Assembly: GCA_963422735.1 (NCBI GenBank)
Contig: OY730476.1
Span: 1,952,001 to 2,016,000, forward strand
Origin: Candidatus Latescibacterota bacterium
GTDB lineage: Bacteria > Latescibacterota > UBA2968 > UBA8231
Direction: 5' to 3'
Length of the DNA stretch: 64,000 nt
Every line of letters starts with the position of its first letter. Positions within the stretch are counted from its first letter, which is position 1. A program made the position numbers and the translations under genes. Under the pieces are notes generated by a model. It ran no database searches, was not told the origin of the DNA, and saw nothing but the letters and a program-made list of their open reading frames with translations. Below are positions 1 to 9,869 of this stretch, piece by piece.

Positions 1-1233
1 GCCGTACCCGGCTCCAAAAGCTACACCAACCGAACGCTGCTAGTTGCGGCACTAGCCAACGGGGAATCGCACCTTACGGATGCACTCTTTAGCGAAGATA
101 CCGACTACATGGTCCAAGCGTTGCGCAAACTCGGCATCTCTATAGAGGCCGATCCAAAGGCGGCCAGCTTCGTGGTCGCAGGCAACGGTGGACGGATTCC
201 CGTCGATGGTGCCGAACTGTACATTGGCAATTCGGGCACTACTTCGCGGTCGATCACAAGCTATGTCGCGCTCGGCAATGGGACCTTCATTATCGATGGC
301 GACGCGCCCATGCGCCAGAGCCGACCGATTGCCGACCTACTTGACGCGCTCGGCCAGCTCGGGATTGATGCACGCTCGCGCTTTGCCAACGGATGCCTTC
401 CCGTAGAGGTGCGAGCCAAGGGGTTCAGAGGCGGAAAAACCCAGCTCGACGCCAGCAAAAGTAGCCAGTTTCTGACTTCGCTGCTGCTTGTCGCCCCCTA
501 TGCCGACAACGGCTTAGAGATCGAGATGGTCGGCGAGTTTAAGACCGAATATATCGACATCACTATGGCGGTAATGCAGTCATTTGGGATCGAGGTAGAA
601 CGCGACGATTACCGGCGTTTTCGCGTCGCCGGCGGTCAATGCTATGAGCCCCGCGCTTACGCCATTGAGCCGGACGCTTCCAATGCCTCGTACTTCTTTG
701 CTGCCGCTGCGTTCAACGGCGGCCGGGTACGCGTAGCCAACATTGCTGCCGACTCAGCCCAAGGCGATATCCACTTCGTCGATGTACTCGAGAAAATGGG
801 ATGCACGGTCAACCGCTACGCCCACGGAGTCGAGGTGATCGGGCCGGACCAACTCAGGGGAATAGACGTCGATATGAAGGCCATATCGGATACCTCGCTG
901 ACGCTAGCCGCGATCGCGCCCTTTGCCAAGGATCCAGTGCGCATCCGCAACATCGAGCACACGCGCTGGCAGGAGACCGACCGGATTGCCGCCATGGTCG
1001 CCCAACTGCGGCGGCTTGGTGTGGAAGTAGAAGAACACAGAGATGGCGTTACTATTGCGCCGTCTAAGCCCAAAAGCAGCAGCATCGATACCTATAAGGA
1101 TCACCGGGTGGCTATGAGTTTTGCCCTAGTCGGATTGCGAGTGCCCGGAATCCGCATCAACGACCCAGGATGCGTCGGCAAAACCTTTCCGACGTACTTC
1201 GATGTCTGGGATCAGATAAAAGGATTGACGTAA
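1..1233 (+). CDS. aroA: 3-phosphoshikimate 1-carboxyvinyltransferase (EPSP synthase), 5' end outside window
   Basis: Frame is open from base 1 (AVPGSKSYTNR...). Motifs PGSKS, GNSGTT, SSQF, ETDR and DHRVAM are characteristic of EPSP synthase. Confidence 0.97.
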   Translation, partial: AVPGSKSYTNRTLLVAALANGESHLTDALFSEDTDYMVQALRKLGISIEADPKAASFVVAGNGGRIPVDGAELYIGNSGTTSRSITSYVALGNGTFIIDGDAPMRQSRPIADLLDALGQLGIDARSRFANGCLPVEVRAKGFRGGKTQLDASKSSQFLTSLLLVAPYADNGLEIEMVGEFKTEYIDITMAVMQSFGIEVERDDYRRFRVAGGQCYEPRAYAIEPDASNASYFFAAAAFNGGRVRVANIAADSAQGDIHFVDVLEKMGCTVNRYAHGVEVIGPDQLRGIDVDMKAISDTSLTLAAIAPFAKDPVRIRNIEHTRWQETDRIAAMVAQLRRLGVEVEEHRDGVTIAPSKPKSSSIDTYKDHRVAMSFALVGLRVPGIRINDPGCVGKTFPTYFDVWDQIKGLT

Positions 1234-1263
1234 GAAGAAGGCCGGCGCTGGTGAAAGAAAGGT

Positions 1264-1306
1264 CAAAACACAAGTGCCCTACCGGTCCGGTTCGCCGGTA
1301 GGGCAC
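1264..1306 (-). terminator. Intrinsic terminator for the minus-strand operon (possibly bidirectional)
   Basis: 12-bp perfect stem GTGCCCTACCGG (1274-1285) / CCGGTAGGGCAC (1295-1306), followed on the minus strand by TTGTGTTTTG. It lies between convergent genes. Confidence 0.75.
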
Positions 1307-1333
1307 CTAAGCCTCTTGCCGCTTGAAGGGTAC

Positions 1334-2695
1334 TTATTGAGTAAATTGGGTCACATTGGCGATGCCACCCGGCTGGGTCAACGCATAGACAATTAGGTTC
1401 ACTCCGAACTGCAACCCGCGCTCTCGTGCATCGGCCAACGGATCTCCCCAGTACCAACTAACATTTAGGTCGCTAAAAACCACCGCAACCCGACCGCGCA
1501 GTTCCAACATCTCCAAGTCGAAAACATTGCCAGCGGGTGCGCCGCCCATAGGCGGACCATCGGGGAAATCCCAGAAGCTGTAGTAGAGCTCGTGGCTCTT
1601 GGGCACTTTCTGCCACTTAGAGCCGTCGCTACCTAGCACCAGCGGATCTTTCATCAGAGCCTTGAACTGGCGATCAAACGGAGTACCCGAAACCCCGGCC
1701 TCCTTGCCTTCAAGCCCGTTCTCAGCATCGCTTTGGCGAATTTCCTCAGCATAAAGGAAACCACCGTTCTTGAGATATTCGCCTAGGTTGGTTTTCTCTG
1801 TATCGCTGATCTGTAAGACGGCATCGTTGCCCGTCACATAAATCATGGGGGCGTTCATGATGCGCGGATCCGAAAATTCCAAGGTCGTGCCCTCAATTCG
1901 GGCATTGATTTGGGTATGGTCGCGCATATAGCGCATCAACTCCTCTACCGCTGTTGGGAACCGATCTCTGTTCTTGTCTGCGATATCGTAGTCAATGACC
2001 GTCATGTTAAAGAAGCCGCGGATATTGCGTTTATTTTCTGGATCCTGAATCAAGATCGCTTGGTAGCGGCCGATGTCCAGGTCGCCGACGTTGAGCAATT
2101 CATGCCTCAGGCTCAGTGCCTCTTGCACCGGGGCCGACGTTTCGCCCAGTTCGATCATCGCGACCTCGTCGAAGGCCAGCTCTTCGGCTTTGGCACCTGA
2201 AAAGGCACCCAAAACCTGCGTACCAGGCAAGACCGAACTCAGGAGGTCGCTACCTACCGCGCTAACATCGGCTATAGCCGATATATCCTGTGGCAAGTCC
2301 GGTGGTGCCATCGACTGGAGCTTCTCCATCTGAACTTCGGATATCTCGGGACGCTTGGCTAGATCGAAGTTCTTTTCGAGAATTGGCGGAGGAGCGCGGA
2401 AAATGATTAGCTCCTCCTTTCTCTCTGCTTCGCCAATGCCAAAGAGATAATCATAAACGAAGACGCCAGCGTGAATGGCTACCGAGAGCACAAAGGCCAC
2501 GCTCATGCTCATCCGACGACCGGTGGTAGCCGTATATAGGGCGTATAGCAGCACCCCGGCACCCGCCAAACTAGCGGCGATCACTACCCACTTGGACAGG
2601 ATAAAAAGTACGTGAATGAGCAAGGCCGCGCCGACCGCTATATAGGCCGTTTTTTGGCGCTGAGCCTTTACTGCTTTCTTATACTCGTCTACCAC
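1334..2695 (-). CDS. Membrane-anchored DUF4159-domain protein with TonB/TolA-like S-x3-H helix and Pro-containing linker
   Basis: Three N-terminal hydrophobic segments, the last containing LSVAIHAG, then FRAPPP. The C-terminal ~200 aa has a DUF4159-like pattern (PMIYVTG...LGEYLKNGGFLYAEE...HELYYSFWDF...GRVAVVFSD...FGVNLIVYALT). Confidence 0.7.
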   Translation of the reverse strand: MVDEYKKAVKAQRQKTAYIAVGAALLIHVLFILSKWVVIAASLAGAGVLLYALYTATTGRRMSMSVAFVLSVAIHAGVFVYDYLFGIGEAERKEELIIFRAPPPILEKNFDLAKRPEISEVQMEKLQSMAPPDLPQDISAIADVSAVGSDLLSSVLPGTQVLGAFSGAKAEELAFDEVAMIELGETSAPVQEALSLRHELLNVGDLDIGRYQAILIQDPENKRNIRGFFNMTVIDYDIADKNRDRFPTAVEELMRYMRDHTQINARIEGTTLEFSDPRIMNAPMIYVTGNDAVLQISDTEKTNLGEYLKNGGFLYAEEIRQSDAENGLEGKEAGVSGTPFDRQFKALMKDPLVLGSDGSKWQKVPKSHELYYSFWDFPDGPPMGGAPAGNVFDLEMLELRGRVAVVFSDLNVSWYWGDPLADARERGLQFGVNLIVYALTQPGGIANVTQFTQ

Positions 2696-2732
2696 AGTTC
2701 TTCCCCCTCTTGGAAGAGCCTAGAAACCTCAT

Positions 2733-3140
2733 TCAGTTGCGCTGTGGTTCCGTGGCGATGACCTGATCGACGACGCCCACTTGGCGAGCAATATCCATGA
2801 TCTGGACGATTTGCCCGTGCGTGGAGCGCTCGTCTCCCTGGATGATAATCATCGTGGTGTTGTCCAGCAGTTGTCTCTTCGCCTGCAATTCCTCTTTGAG
2901 GGTTGCAAAGGTCACCGACTTGTGGTTCAGCTTCATGTTGCCGTCCTGATCCACGACGATAAAAAGGTTCTCCTTCTCCGGAGCCTGAGCCTCTTCGGCC
3001 TCGGGCAATTTGATATCCAAACCCGGAGTAATGGCGAACACAGCGGTCACCATGAAGAAGATGAGTAGCTGAAAGACCACGTCAATCATCGGCGTTAGAT
3101 CGGGCATGGTCAGTTCTTTTTTTTCTACTCTCTCAGCCAT
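2733..3140 (-). CDS. exbD: ExbD/TolR family biopolymer transporter
   Basis: DLTPMIDVVFQLLIFFMV transmembrane motif with the conserved Asp, and C-terminal IQGDERSTHGQIVQIMD. Confidence 0.93.
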   Translation of the reverse strand: MAERVEKKELTMPDLTPMIDVVFQLLIFFMVTAVFAITPGLDIKLPEAEEAQAPEKENLFIVVDQDGNMKLNHKSVTFATLKEELQAKRQLLDNTTMIIIQGDERSTHGQIVQIMDIARQVGVVDQVIATEPQRN

Positions 3141-3170
3141 CTATCTCATGCCTCCCTAAGAAGGCCGCCC

Positions 3171-3824
3171 TTAGGCAGCCTGCGTGCCTTGCCAGCGGCG
3201 CAGTAGAGCGTCCACAAAGCCGTGGCCGTATGCTTCAAACTCCACTGCCTTGCCCGTGGCGCGGTTGCTAAAGTACGTGAAGATGGCAATTGAAGGCACA
3301 GCGATCACCAGACCGGTAACTGTGGTGATCAGCGCTTCGGAAATACCTGCGGCGACGATCGTCGGCTCACCGAGACCTTTTTCCGCAATGCCTTCAAAGG
3401 CGTTGATCATACCGTTGACCGTGCCCAGCAGACCGAGCAACACCACGGACTTGGACACGAAGTCGATAACGGCCAGATACCGTTCCAGATACCCTAAGGC
3501 GGCGCGTTCAATTGTGCCATTCATTTCCTCGCGCATCTCCTCCATCGTGCGTTGCTCTCGCGACAAGTGCTCAAAGCGTTCGATCCCCCCGCCGTACACC
3601 TCGCCTTCGAGCTTGCCGACCTCAGCGCAGTACTCCTTGAGCTGGTCGATGGAAGCCCCCGAGTCTATACGTGCGTTGACGTCGTTGGTGATTTCGGCCA
3701 ATTCATCCTCGGAGCGCAGCCGTGCATAAGTCCAGATGCGCTCGAGAAAGAACGCAATGGAAAGCATAGACCAGAGCCCTAAAGGATACATGAAAGGTCC
3801 GCCTTCTCGAAAAAGTTCAATCAT
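3171..3824 (-). CDS. exbB: MotA/TolQ/ExbB proton channel family protein
   Basis: GGPFMYPL...ER N-terminus, LLGLLGTVNGMINAF and GISEALITTVTGLVIAVP motifs; directly upstream of exbD. Confidence 0.93.
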   Translation of the reverse strand: MIELFREGGPFMYPLGLWSMLSIAFFLERIWTYARLRSEDELAEITNDVNARIDSGASIDQLKEYCAEVGKLEGEVYGGGIERFEHLSREQRTMEEMREEMNGTIERAALGYLERYLAVIDFVSKSVVLLGLLGTVNGMINAFEGIAEKGLGEPTIVAAGISEALITTVTGLVIAVPSIAIFTYFSNRATGKAVEFEAYGHGFVDALLRRWQGTQAA

Positions 3825-3866
3825 TTTCTTTATCCCTCCTTAAGTTAGGACGCAAAGAAATCAAAG

Positions 3867-6800
3867 TTAGAGGACGCGAGCTTCCTGCATTACTTCTAGC
3901 TGCTCTCTGGCATAGTCCACCTGCGTCACGTACTTGGGGTTGTCGCCATAGTTGTCGACGACTTCTTGAAAGACGGCACCGGCTTGGCGAAATTCCTCTT
4001 GGGCCATATAGGCGGCACCGATGTTGACCAGTGAATTGACGGCCTGGTCGCTCTTGGGGTACTTCTGCTGTACTTCCTTGAAGATCGCCATTGCCTCGTC
4101 GTAATTCTTCTCAGCTAAGAGATTTTCGCCCGTTGCATAAAGATTATAGGCGTCTATCTCAGCCAAATGCCCGAGCAGGGTCCTTGCCTTTTTTGGCAGC
4201 GCTCGATCTTGGGCAATCAGCTTGTCAGAGGGAAAACGCTCCAAGAAAGTCTGGTAGCTCTCGGTAGCCTTCTCGTAATCCTTGAGGCCGTAGTAGTAGT
4301 CTCCGAGCGTAAATTGGCTGCGTGCCCCATAAGTACCATCGGGATATTCAGCGACGATCCGCTCGAAAACCGGCACCGCTTCTTCCTTGCGGTCGAGGTT
4401 GATCAGGCACCAAGCCTTGTTGTAGAGCGCATCATCCACATGGCTCGACTTAGGATAGCCCTTAATGATTCGGTCATAGAAGACCATGGCATCTAGGAAG
4501 TTCTGGTTTTTGTCCTCTATGCCACTCCTGTTGGTCATGTTAAACAGGGCATCGCCAGCGCGAAAAAGCGCCTCAGACGCATAGCGGGACTGCGAATACT
4601 TGTCTGCTAGGCTAGCAAAAACATCGCTGGCAGCGCGCCATTTACCCATCCGATAATGCGCCCAAGCATCGTAGTAATAGGCATGTACAGCACGCTCGTC
4701 TTCGGGATATTGGGTGTAATAGGCATTGAACGCCTTTGACATCGCTGGTAGCACTTCGATATTGCCGTTAGCCGATAGCCTGTTATAGGCTACGCCGATT
4801 TGGAACTGGGCATTTTTGGCCCAAGCAATCTGTGGGTAGTTTTCGATAATGGTGTTATAAGTGGCAATCGCTTGGACAAACTGCTCCGACCTGTAGAAGC
4901 AATTGCCTTGTACAAAGAGCGCGTTGGCAATGCTCTCGGCATTGATGGCCAAGTCAATTAGCTCCTGAGCCGCCTCAATACTCTGCTGAAACTTATCGAG
5001 TTTGAAGTAGGCATTGGCCAAGCGAACGAGTAAGCGCTCCCGGTCTTCGCTAGAGGTAGTAGTAGCCAACATCTCCTCATAGATGCGCACCGCTTCCTCT
5101 GGATTGCCCTTCTTTTCTGCCATTGAGATTTTCTGCAGCCGCGCCGAACGCACCAAGCTCTCGTCTCCTGAAGCAATGACCTCGTCCAGCAGCTTCTCCG
5201 CTTCGTCGTCATTGCCTTCCGCAGAGTACGAAAGTGCCATCGAGAAAGTGACCTTTAGCTGCATCGCCTTGGGGATCTTGGTATCCAATAGCCACTTGTA
5301 ATCGATCAGCGCACGGTCGTAACGGCCCGAATAGTGGTAGGCCAATGCACGGCCGTAGCGGGTGTCGCGAATGACATCGCTTTCTGGGTACTCTCCAAGC
5401 ACCATGGTGTAGCGATCAACTGCGTCGACATAGTTTTTATTGTTGAGGTCGAGTTGGGCCATCTGGAAATGGGCCCTAGCCTCCAAGTCGCGGTCGCCAG
5501 TCACACCTTCTAGCAATTGATTGAGCAGCACACGCCCCTCAGCGATGCGATCTTGGGAAATGTAGATATTGGCCGCCTCAATCAGCGCGGCGATGTACGT
5601 CTCTCGGGCATCGCGGCCAACCTTGGAAAAAGCAGTGATGGCCTCGTCTTTCCGACCTTCATCTCGGTAGAGAATACCAAGGCCATAGTAAGCATCAGCC
5701 GTATGCTGCGTATCCTGATAGTTCTCCGTTATGGCCTTGTAGGCTTCAATGGCCTCCTCAACCTTCTGCTGCTCGTAGTTGAGCCGGGCGATGCGCAATA
5801 AACACAACGGCGCTTGGTCTGAGCGGGGGAAGTTATCCACTGCCTGTGTGTAGCTTGCGATAGCCTGCTCCGCCACGCCGAGTTTTTCGGCAGACCAGCC
5901 TGCACTATAGAGTGCTGCGGAGCGCAAACCCGTATCGCTATCTGGGTAATCCACCAGCAGTTTTAGATAGTCTTCACGGGCAGCGGCGTAGTCTGCGGCG
6001 AAGTACTTGGCTTCGCCTTTCTGATACTGAGCGTTGGCTGGATAAGGAGTATCCCCGTAGAGTTCAATTACTTGGTTGTAAGCAGTCCACGCCTCGTCGA
6101 ACTTATCCCACTCCATGTAGTTGTCGCCAATTCTCATTTGCACCTTGGCCTTGTAAAAGCGCTCTTCGGCAGTTTCTTGGGCGGCAATCAACTCTTGGTA
6201 GGCTTGCTCGAACTGGTCTGTTTTGCGGAAGATCTCAGCGACGCGCAACGAGGAGGTCTCAAAGAGCTGCCGATAGTTTTCAAAGTCGACATTCTTACCT
6301 TCGCGAAACGAGCCACGCAAGAGTTCAAACATCCGATCGTAGAGGTTGCGCACATCGCGGTAGGCTTCAATCGCCTCCACATCGCGCCCCATCTTGTCGT
6401 AGGCGTTGGCCTTTAGGTAGAGGGCTTGGGCAATGACTGGACTATTGGGATACTTGTCGAGGACTATCTGGGTCATATCAACGGCTTTAGCGTACTCGCC
6501 CTTTTCATAGAGCGCACTGGCGATGCGGAACTGGGAATCCGGCGCATAGCGATCTTGCGGATAAGCCGCCAACATGCCGTTGAGCGTTTCTATGGACTGG
6601 TCATATTCTTTTGTGTTAAACTCGCTCCAGCCCGCGTAAAAATACGCCTTGCCGGCCTCTTTCGTCTTGGGAAACAACTCGACATAGCGCTTGTATTCCT
6701 TTGCTGCCTCGCCGTACTCTTTGGCGAGGAAGCGGGTCTCGGCGACTTGGAACTGCACCAATGACCTGAAAGCCTCGGCTACGCTCCCTAAGTCAATAAC

Positions 6801-7112
6801 TTGGCGATAGGCTTCCACCGCTTTTTCATGTTGCCCGCTCTTTTTGTAGGCATTGCCTAGCTGATACCAAGCCGCCGCAACTACGGGCAATTCCAGTTCG
6901 TTGCCAAACACCACCCGTACACTGTCGGTGCGCACGGCCTTGCTATTGAACTTGACGATCTTTGAATACTCGATGATCGCCCCTTCAAACTCGCCAAGGG
7001 CGTAGAGAGATTGTCCGGCGTCAAAACTGGTCTTCAGATTTTGCGGCACCGGTAGAAAAAGGCTAGCTCCTAGCCCCAATCCCAGCGCGATGAGTCCAGC
7101 CCAGACCGTCAT
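3867..7112 (-). CDS. Large periplasmic TPR-repeat protein (BamD/CpoB-like repeats), 1081 aa
   Basis: N-terminal hydrophobic segment, then many repeats of type A..Y..G...Y...Y.EA...Y...L..YP.S; AAGGAG RBS upstream of the ATG. Confidence 0.88.
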   Translation of the reverse strand: MTVWAGLIALGLGLGASLFLPVPQNLKTSFDAGQSLYALGEFEGAIIEYSKIVKFNSKAVRTDSVRVVFGNELELPVVAAAWYQLGNAYKKSGQHEKAVEAYRQVIDLGSVAEAFRSLVQFQVAETRFLAKEYGEAAKEYKRYVELFPKTKEAGKAYFYAGWSEFNTKEYDQSIETLNGMLAAYPQDRYAPDSQFRIASALYEKGEYAKAVDMTQIVLDKYPNSPVIAQALYLKANAYDKMGRDVEAIEAYRDVRNLYDRMFELLRGSFREGKNVDFENYRQLFETSSLRVAEIFRKTDQFEQAYQELIAAQETAEERFYKAKVQMRIGDNYMEWDKFDEAWTAYNQVIELYGDTPYPANAQYQKGEAKYFAADYAAAREDYLKLLVDYPDSDTGLRSAALYSAGWSAEKLGVAEQAIASYTQAVDNFPRSDQAPLCLLRIARLNYEQQKVEEAIEAYKAITENYQDTQHTADAYYGLGILYRDEGRKDEAITAFSKVGRDARETYIAALIEAANIYISQDRIAEGRVLLNQLLEGVTGDRDLEARAHFQMAQLDLNNKNYVDAVDRYTMVLGEYPESDVIRDTRYGRALAYHYSGRYDRALIDYKWLLDTKIPKAMQLKVTFSMALSYSAEGNDDEAEKLLDEVIASGDESLVRSARLQKISMAEKKGNPEEAVRIYEEMLATTTSSEDRERLLVRLANAYFKLDKFQQSIEAAQELIDLAINAESIANALFVQGNCFYRSEQFVQAIATYNTIIENYPQIAWAKNAQFQIGVAYNRLSANGNIEVLPAMSKAFNAYYTQYPEDERAVHAYYYDAWAHYRMGKWRAASDVFASLADKYSQSRYASEALFRAGDALFNMTNRSGIEDKNQNFLDAMVFYDRIIKGYPKSSHVDDALYNKAWCLINLDRKEEAVPVFERIVAEYPDGTYGARSQFTLGDYYYGLKDYEKATESYQTFLERFPSDKLIAQDRALPKKARTLLGHLAEIDAYNLYATGENLLAEKNYDEAMAIFKEVQQKYPKSDQAVNSLVNIGAAYMAQEEFRQAGAVFQEVVDNYGDNPKYVTQVDYAREQLEVMQEARVL

Positions 7113-7170
7113 TTGTGCATCTCCTTGTCTAGGTTCCTAAGTTTGGAGTCCATCGGGGTCTTTTTGTTGT

Positions 7171-8106
7171 TTAGAATTCATAAGCAAAGGAAAACCGGTG
7201 TGCGCCATTGGTCTCGGTCAGATCCAAGCCGATGTCATAGGCATAGTCGAACACCAACTGATTCCACTGATAGCCCAACCCCGCATTCAAGCCCCCTCCG
7301 GCGTCCTCAGACAACAAACGACGACCCCCCGCCCGCAACAGCAACCCCTCCACCAACTGCGTCTCCCCACCAACAACCAACCCCTGATCCGAGCCCTCCC
7401 CCGTCAAGTCCCGACGCACGTATTGAACCGACACCAACGACTGACTGCTCAGACGATACCCCACCCCCACATGCACATCCATCGGCAACGTACCCGCATC
7501 CGCGTCCCCTGCAACCTCGCCATACGCCACATTCGGCTGGTTGATATTCTTCAACAACACCCCCACCTGTGCCCCTTGCACCGGACTCTGCCACAGCAAA
7601 CCCAAATCCAAGCCTACGTTGCCCGCACGCTGGTTCGACAGCGGATCAGGCCGACCCTCATCGTCGGGAATTGACCCCACACTCCAAAACAGATACTTGG
7701 CCGACAACCCCACCTGCAGCCGACGCTGCACCTGATACGACAGCGACACAAACGCCCCGTTCTCGCTCATCAGCGACGAGCCAATCCGCTCATAACCCAA
7801 ACCCAAGCCCATCCGGTCACCCAAAGGCTGTGCATAGGAGACCACGTGCTGACCCAGATCGTCGCCTTCAATACCCGCATACAAAAGCGATACATTGGTG
7901 TAGGCCACCTGACGCTGAGCCACCTGACCCAACCCGGCCGGATTGGCAAACACGGCATCCGCATTGTCGGCCACCGCCACAAAGCTGTTGCCCAACCCCT
8001 GGGCCCGTGCCCCCGAACCCACATTCTGAATGTTGACGACCCCGTCACTTGATTGGGCGACGAACAGCAAGCCGACTAAAACACTAAGCATTTTCAGAGA
8101 TTTCAT
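7171..8106 (-). CDS. PorV/PorP(SprF)/FadL-like outer-membrane beta-barrel protein
   Basis: Signal peptide, the motif GSGARAQGLGNSFVAVADNADAVFANPAGL, alternating beta-strands and C-terminal HRFSFAYEF; AGGAGG RBS. Confidence 0.78.
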   Translation of the reverse strand: MKSLKMLSVLVGLLFVAQSSDGVVNIQNVGSGARAQGLGNSFVAVADNADAVFANPAGLGQVAQRQVAYTNVSLLYAGIEGDDLGQHVVSYAQPLGDRMGLGLGYERIGSSLMSENGAFVSLSYQVQRRLQVGLSAKYLFWSVGSIPDDEGRPDPLSNQRAGNVGLDLGLLWQSPVQGAQVGVLLKNINQPNVAYGEVAGDADAGTLPMDVHVGVGYRLSSQSLVSVQYVRRDLTGEGSDQGLVVGGETQLVEGLLLRAGGRRLLSEDAGGGLNAGLGYQWNQLVFDYAYDIGLDLTETNGAHRFSFAYEF

Positions 8107-8141
8107 AATCCCAACTCCTCCTTGGTGGTCTCGCTTAAAGG

Positions 8142-8888
8142 CTAGTTTGCCTTAGCGACTCTAGGAACGACCGTACCGTCCTTGTAAATCTTGCCAATAT
8201 CTCGGACGAATTTATAGGAAATATTGGTGGTCTCCACCGGCTCGTTGCGAAAGTCAAATCGCAGGATTACATCGAGTACTTGGACTTCGATATCACTCAC
8301 GTCGGGGTGGAGCACGGGAAAAACGACGAATCCCTCTGCCTCTTGGCCGCTGAAGATCTCCTCGTCTTTGAGCATCGTCCGCCGCAGCAAGTCGCGGCGC
8401 TCTTGGTAGCGGGCATATTCGTTGCCTCTATAACCTATGGCATAGGCGCGATAATACGTGTCGAGCTGCTCAAAGTTGAGGCTCCAATACTCGCGCTTAT
8501 TGCTCGCTTTGACGACAATCTTGCTCGGATCAATTTTGACTTTGGGGTAGGCATAATTCTTAATGCTGAGACGGAAGACAGTGAATCTCTGTTTTTCTTC
8601 GTCTGTTCCCCAAAATATCGTGTTGCCAAAGGTATAGGGATTTGTAGACTTAGGACCCGCTTGGGAATTGTTAAAAAACTGGCGATTCAATTCCTCGTCA
8701 GTCATCGGTTTGAGTCGCACTTCAAAGCGGTCCTGGGCAAAAGTCAGGGTCCCGTCATCTGCCACGCTGATAGACGAGGTCTGATCTTGGCCGGGCTGCA
8801 ATGTACCTGTGTAATAACTATATCCACAGCCCAGCACACCCGAGCCGATAATCAAGGTCAAGAATAATATTCGTGTGAAATTCATCAT
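8142..8888 (-). CDS. Lipoprotein of unknown function, paralog A
   Basis: Lipobox-like VLG|C. Shares VADDGT, PMTDEELNRQF, NPYTFGN, RFTVFR, YPKV and RFDF motifs with 25197..25955. Confidence 0.85.
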   Translation of the reverse strand: MMNFTRILFLTLIIGSGVLGCGYSYYTGTLQPGQDQTSSISVADDGTLTFAQDRFEVRLKPMTDEELNRQFFNNSQAGPKSTNPYTFGNTIFWGTDEEKQRFTVFRLSIKNYAYPKVKIDPSKIVVKASNKREYWSLNFEQLDTYYRAYAIGYRGNEYARYQERRDLLRRTMLKDEEIFSGQEAEGFVVFPVLHPDVSDIEVQVLDVILRFDFRNEPVETTNISYKFVRDIGKIYKDGTVVPRVAKAN

Positions 8889-9838
8889 TCAGAAACTCCT
8901 CGGTGGTAAAGCTCTGAGTGCAAAGAGGCTTTCAAGCGCCCCCACGACCTCGGTTCCACAGCCGTAAAAGTACCCTCTAGCGGCATCAGGATCAAGTCTG
9001 TGAAGCGATCGGCAAAGCGATACGAATTGTGTTGGCCCGAAAGCGACCACTTAGCATCAAAAAGCTCTGAATGCACATCGAAGTCATTGAACTCTACGTT
9101 AAAACCAAGAATTTCACCTTCCCGCAAGAGGTGCTCTTCACTTTGAAAGACCGCATTGATATCGACGCGATCAAAGGGCACGAGCATGACTTCGTAGCTC
9201 GTCACTCCTTCGCCTCCCAAGACACCTACAAACTCGACCGCCGCCCTAGTGTAAGGACCGTTGGATAGCGCGTACCAAGCAGCGGCTGAAAAATTAACAA
9301 AAAAATCCTTGTCGGGCGACGGGCCAGCCAAAACGAAATGATTGGCCTTAGCCCCGTTGCGCCGCCTTTGCTCTTCGTGGCTCAACTCAGTGAAATTTGC
9401 GAATTGTCCACCTGAGTGATCCGCATCGATAAACAATTCTATCGCGTCGTCTTGGAAAAGCACCATGGCACTACCGGCGGAACGATCAATCTGGTGTATA
9501 TCATCGCGAACTTGAGCGGCGATGTAGAGCCTGTTCTCCGATTTATTCCACCCAACCATGAGACGGGCAGCAAAATCATCCGAATCGCTCGCCTCAACTT
9601 CTGGACTAATCAGGTCGTGAAATTGACTCGTTAATATGGCGTAGGAGTTACCTACAATTTCCCAATCTCTCAAATCCCCGTCAATGACGGGAACTAAGTG
9701 ATCGGGAAATTGAAAAGCTCTGTAGGCTACTCCTTCGGGGTAATGACCCAAAACCGGTTTAGCCGAGCCTACTGCTATCTGTAGCACCAAAGCTAAAAAA
9801 AACAACCACGACCAGCACCTCGGCCAACGTCTTCTCAT
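8885..9838 (-). CDS. Secreted CBM9/DOMON-like sugar-binding protein with C-terminal WGxLK tail
   Basis: Start moved to ATG 9838, because the TTG at 9898 is the -35 box of a promoter. Signal peptide; PVIDGDLRDW, LYIAAQVRDD, DAIELFID and GFNVEFND are CBM9-like; tail TAVEPRSWGRLKASL. Confidence 0.75.
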   Translation of the reverse strand: MRRRWPRCWSWLFFLALVLQIAVGSAKPVLGHYPEGVAYRAFQFPDHLVPVIDGDLRDWEIVGNSYAILTSQFHDLISPEVEASDSDDFAARLMVGWNKSENRLYIAAQVRDDIHQIDRSAGSAMVLFQDDAIELFIDADHSGGQFANFTELSHEEQRRRNGAKANHFVLAGPSPDKDFFVNFSAAAWYALSNGPYTRAAVEFVGVLGGEGVTSYEVMLVPFDRVDINAVFQSEEHLLREGEILGFNVEFNDFDVHSELFDAKWSLSGQHNSYRFADRFTDLILMPLEGTFTAVEPRSWGRLKASLHSELYHRGVSE

Positions 9839-9869
9839 CCGTTTTTTGATGTCTTTCAAATCGAGATGT

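Noticed and set aside
2733-3824. Tol-Pal operon (tolQ-tolR with the TolB-like gene at 39344)
   Set aside because: No tolA, tolB or pal is adjacent; the PD40 lipoprotein is 35 kb away and lacks a recognisable TolB N-terminal domain.
7113-8052. Pro/Thr/His-rich + strand ORFs
   Set aside because: Antisense artefacts of the G/T-biased PorV-like gene.
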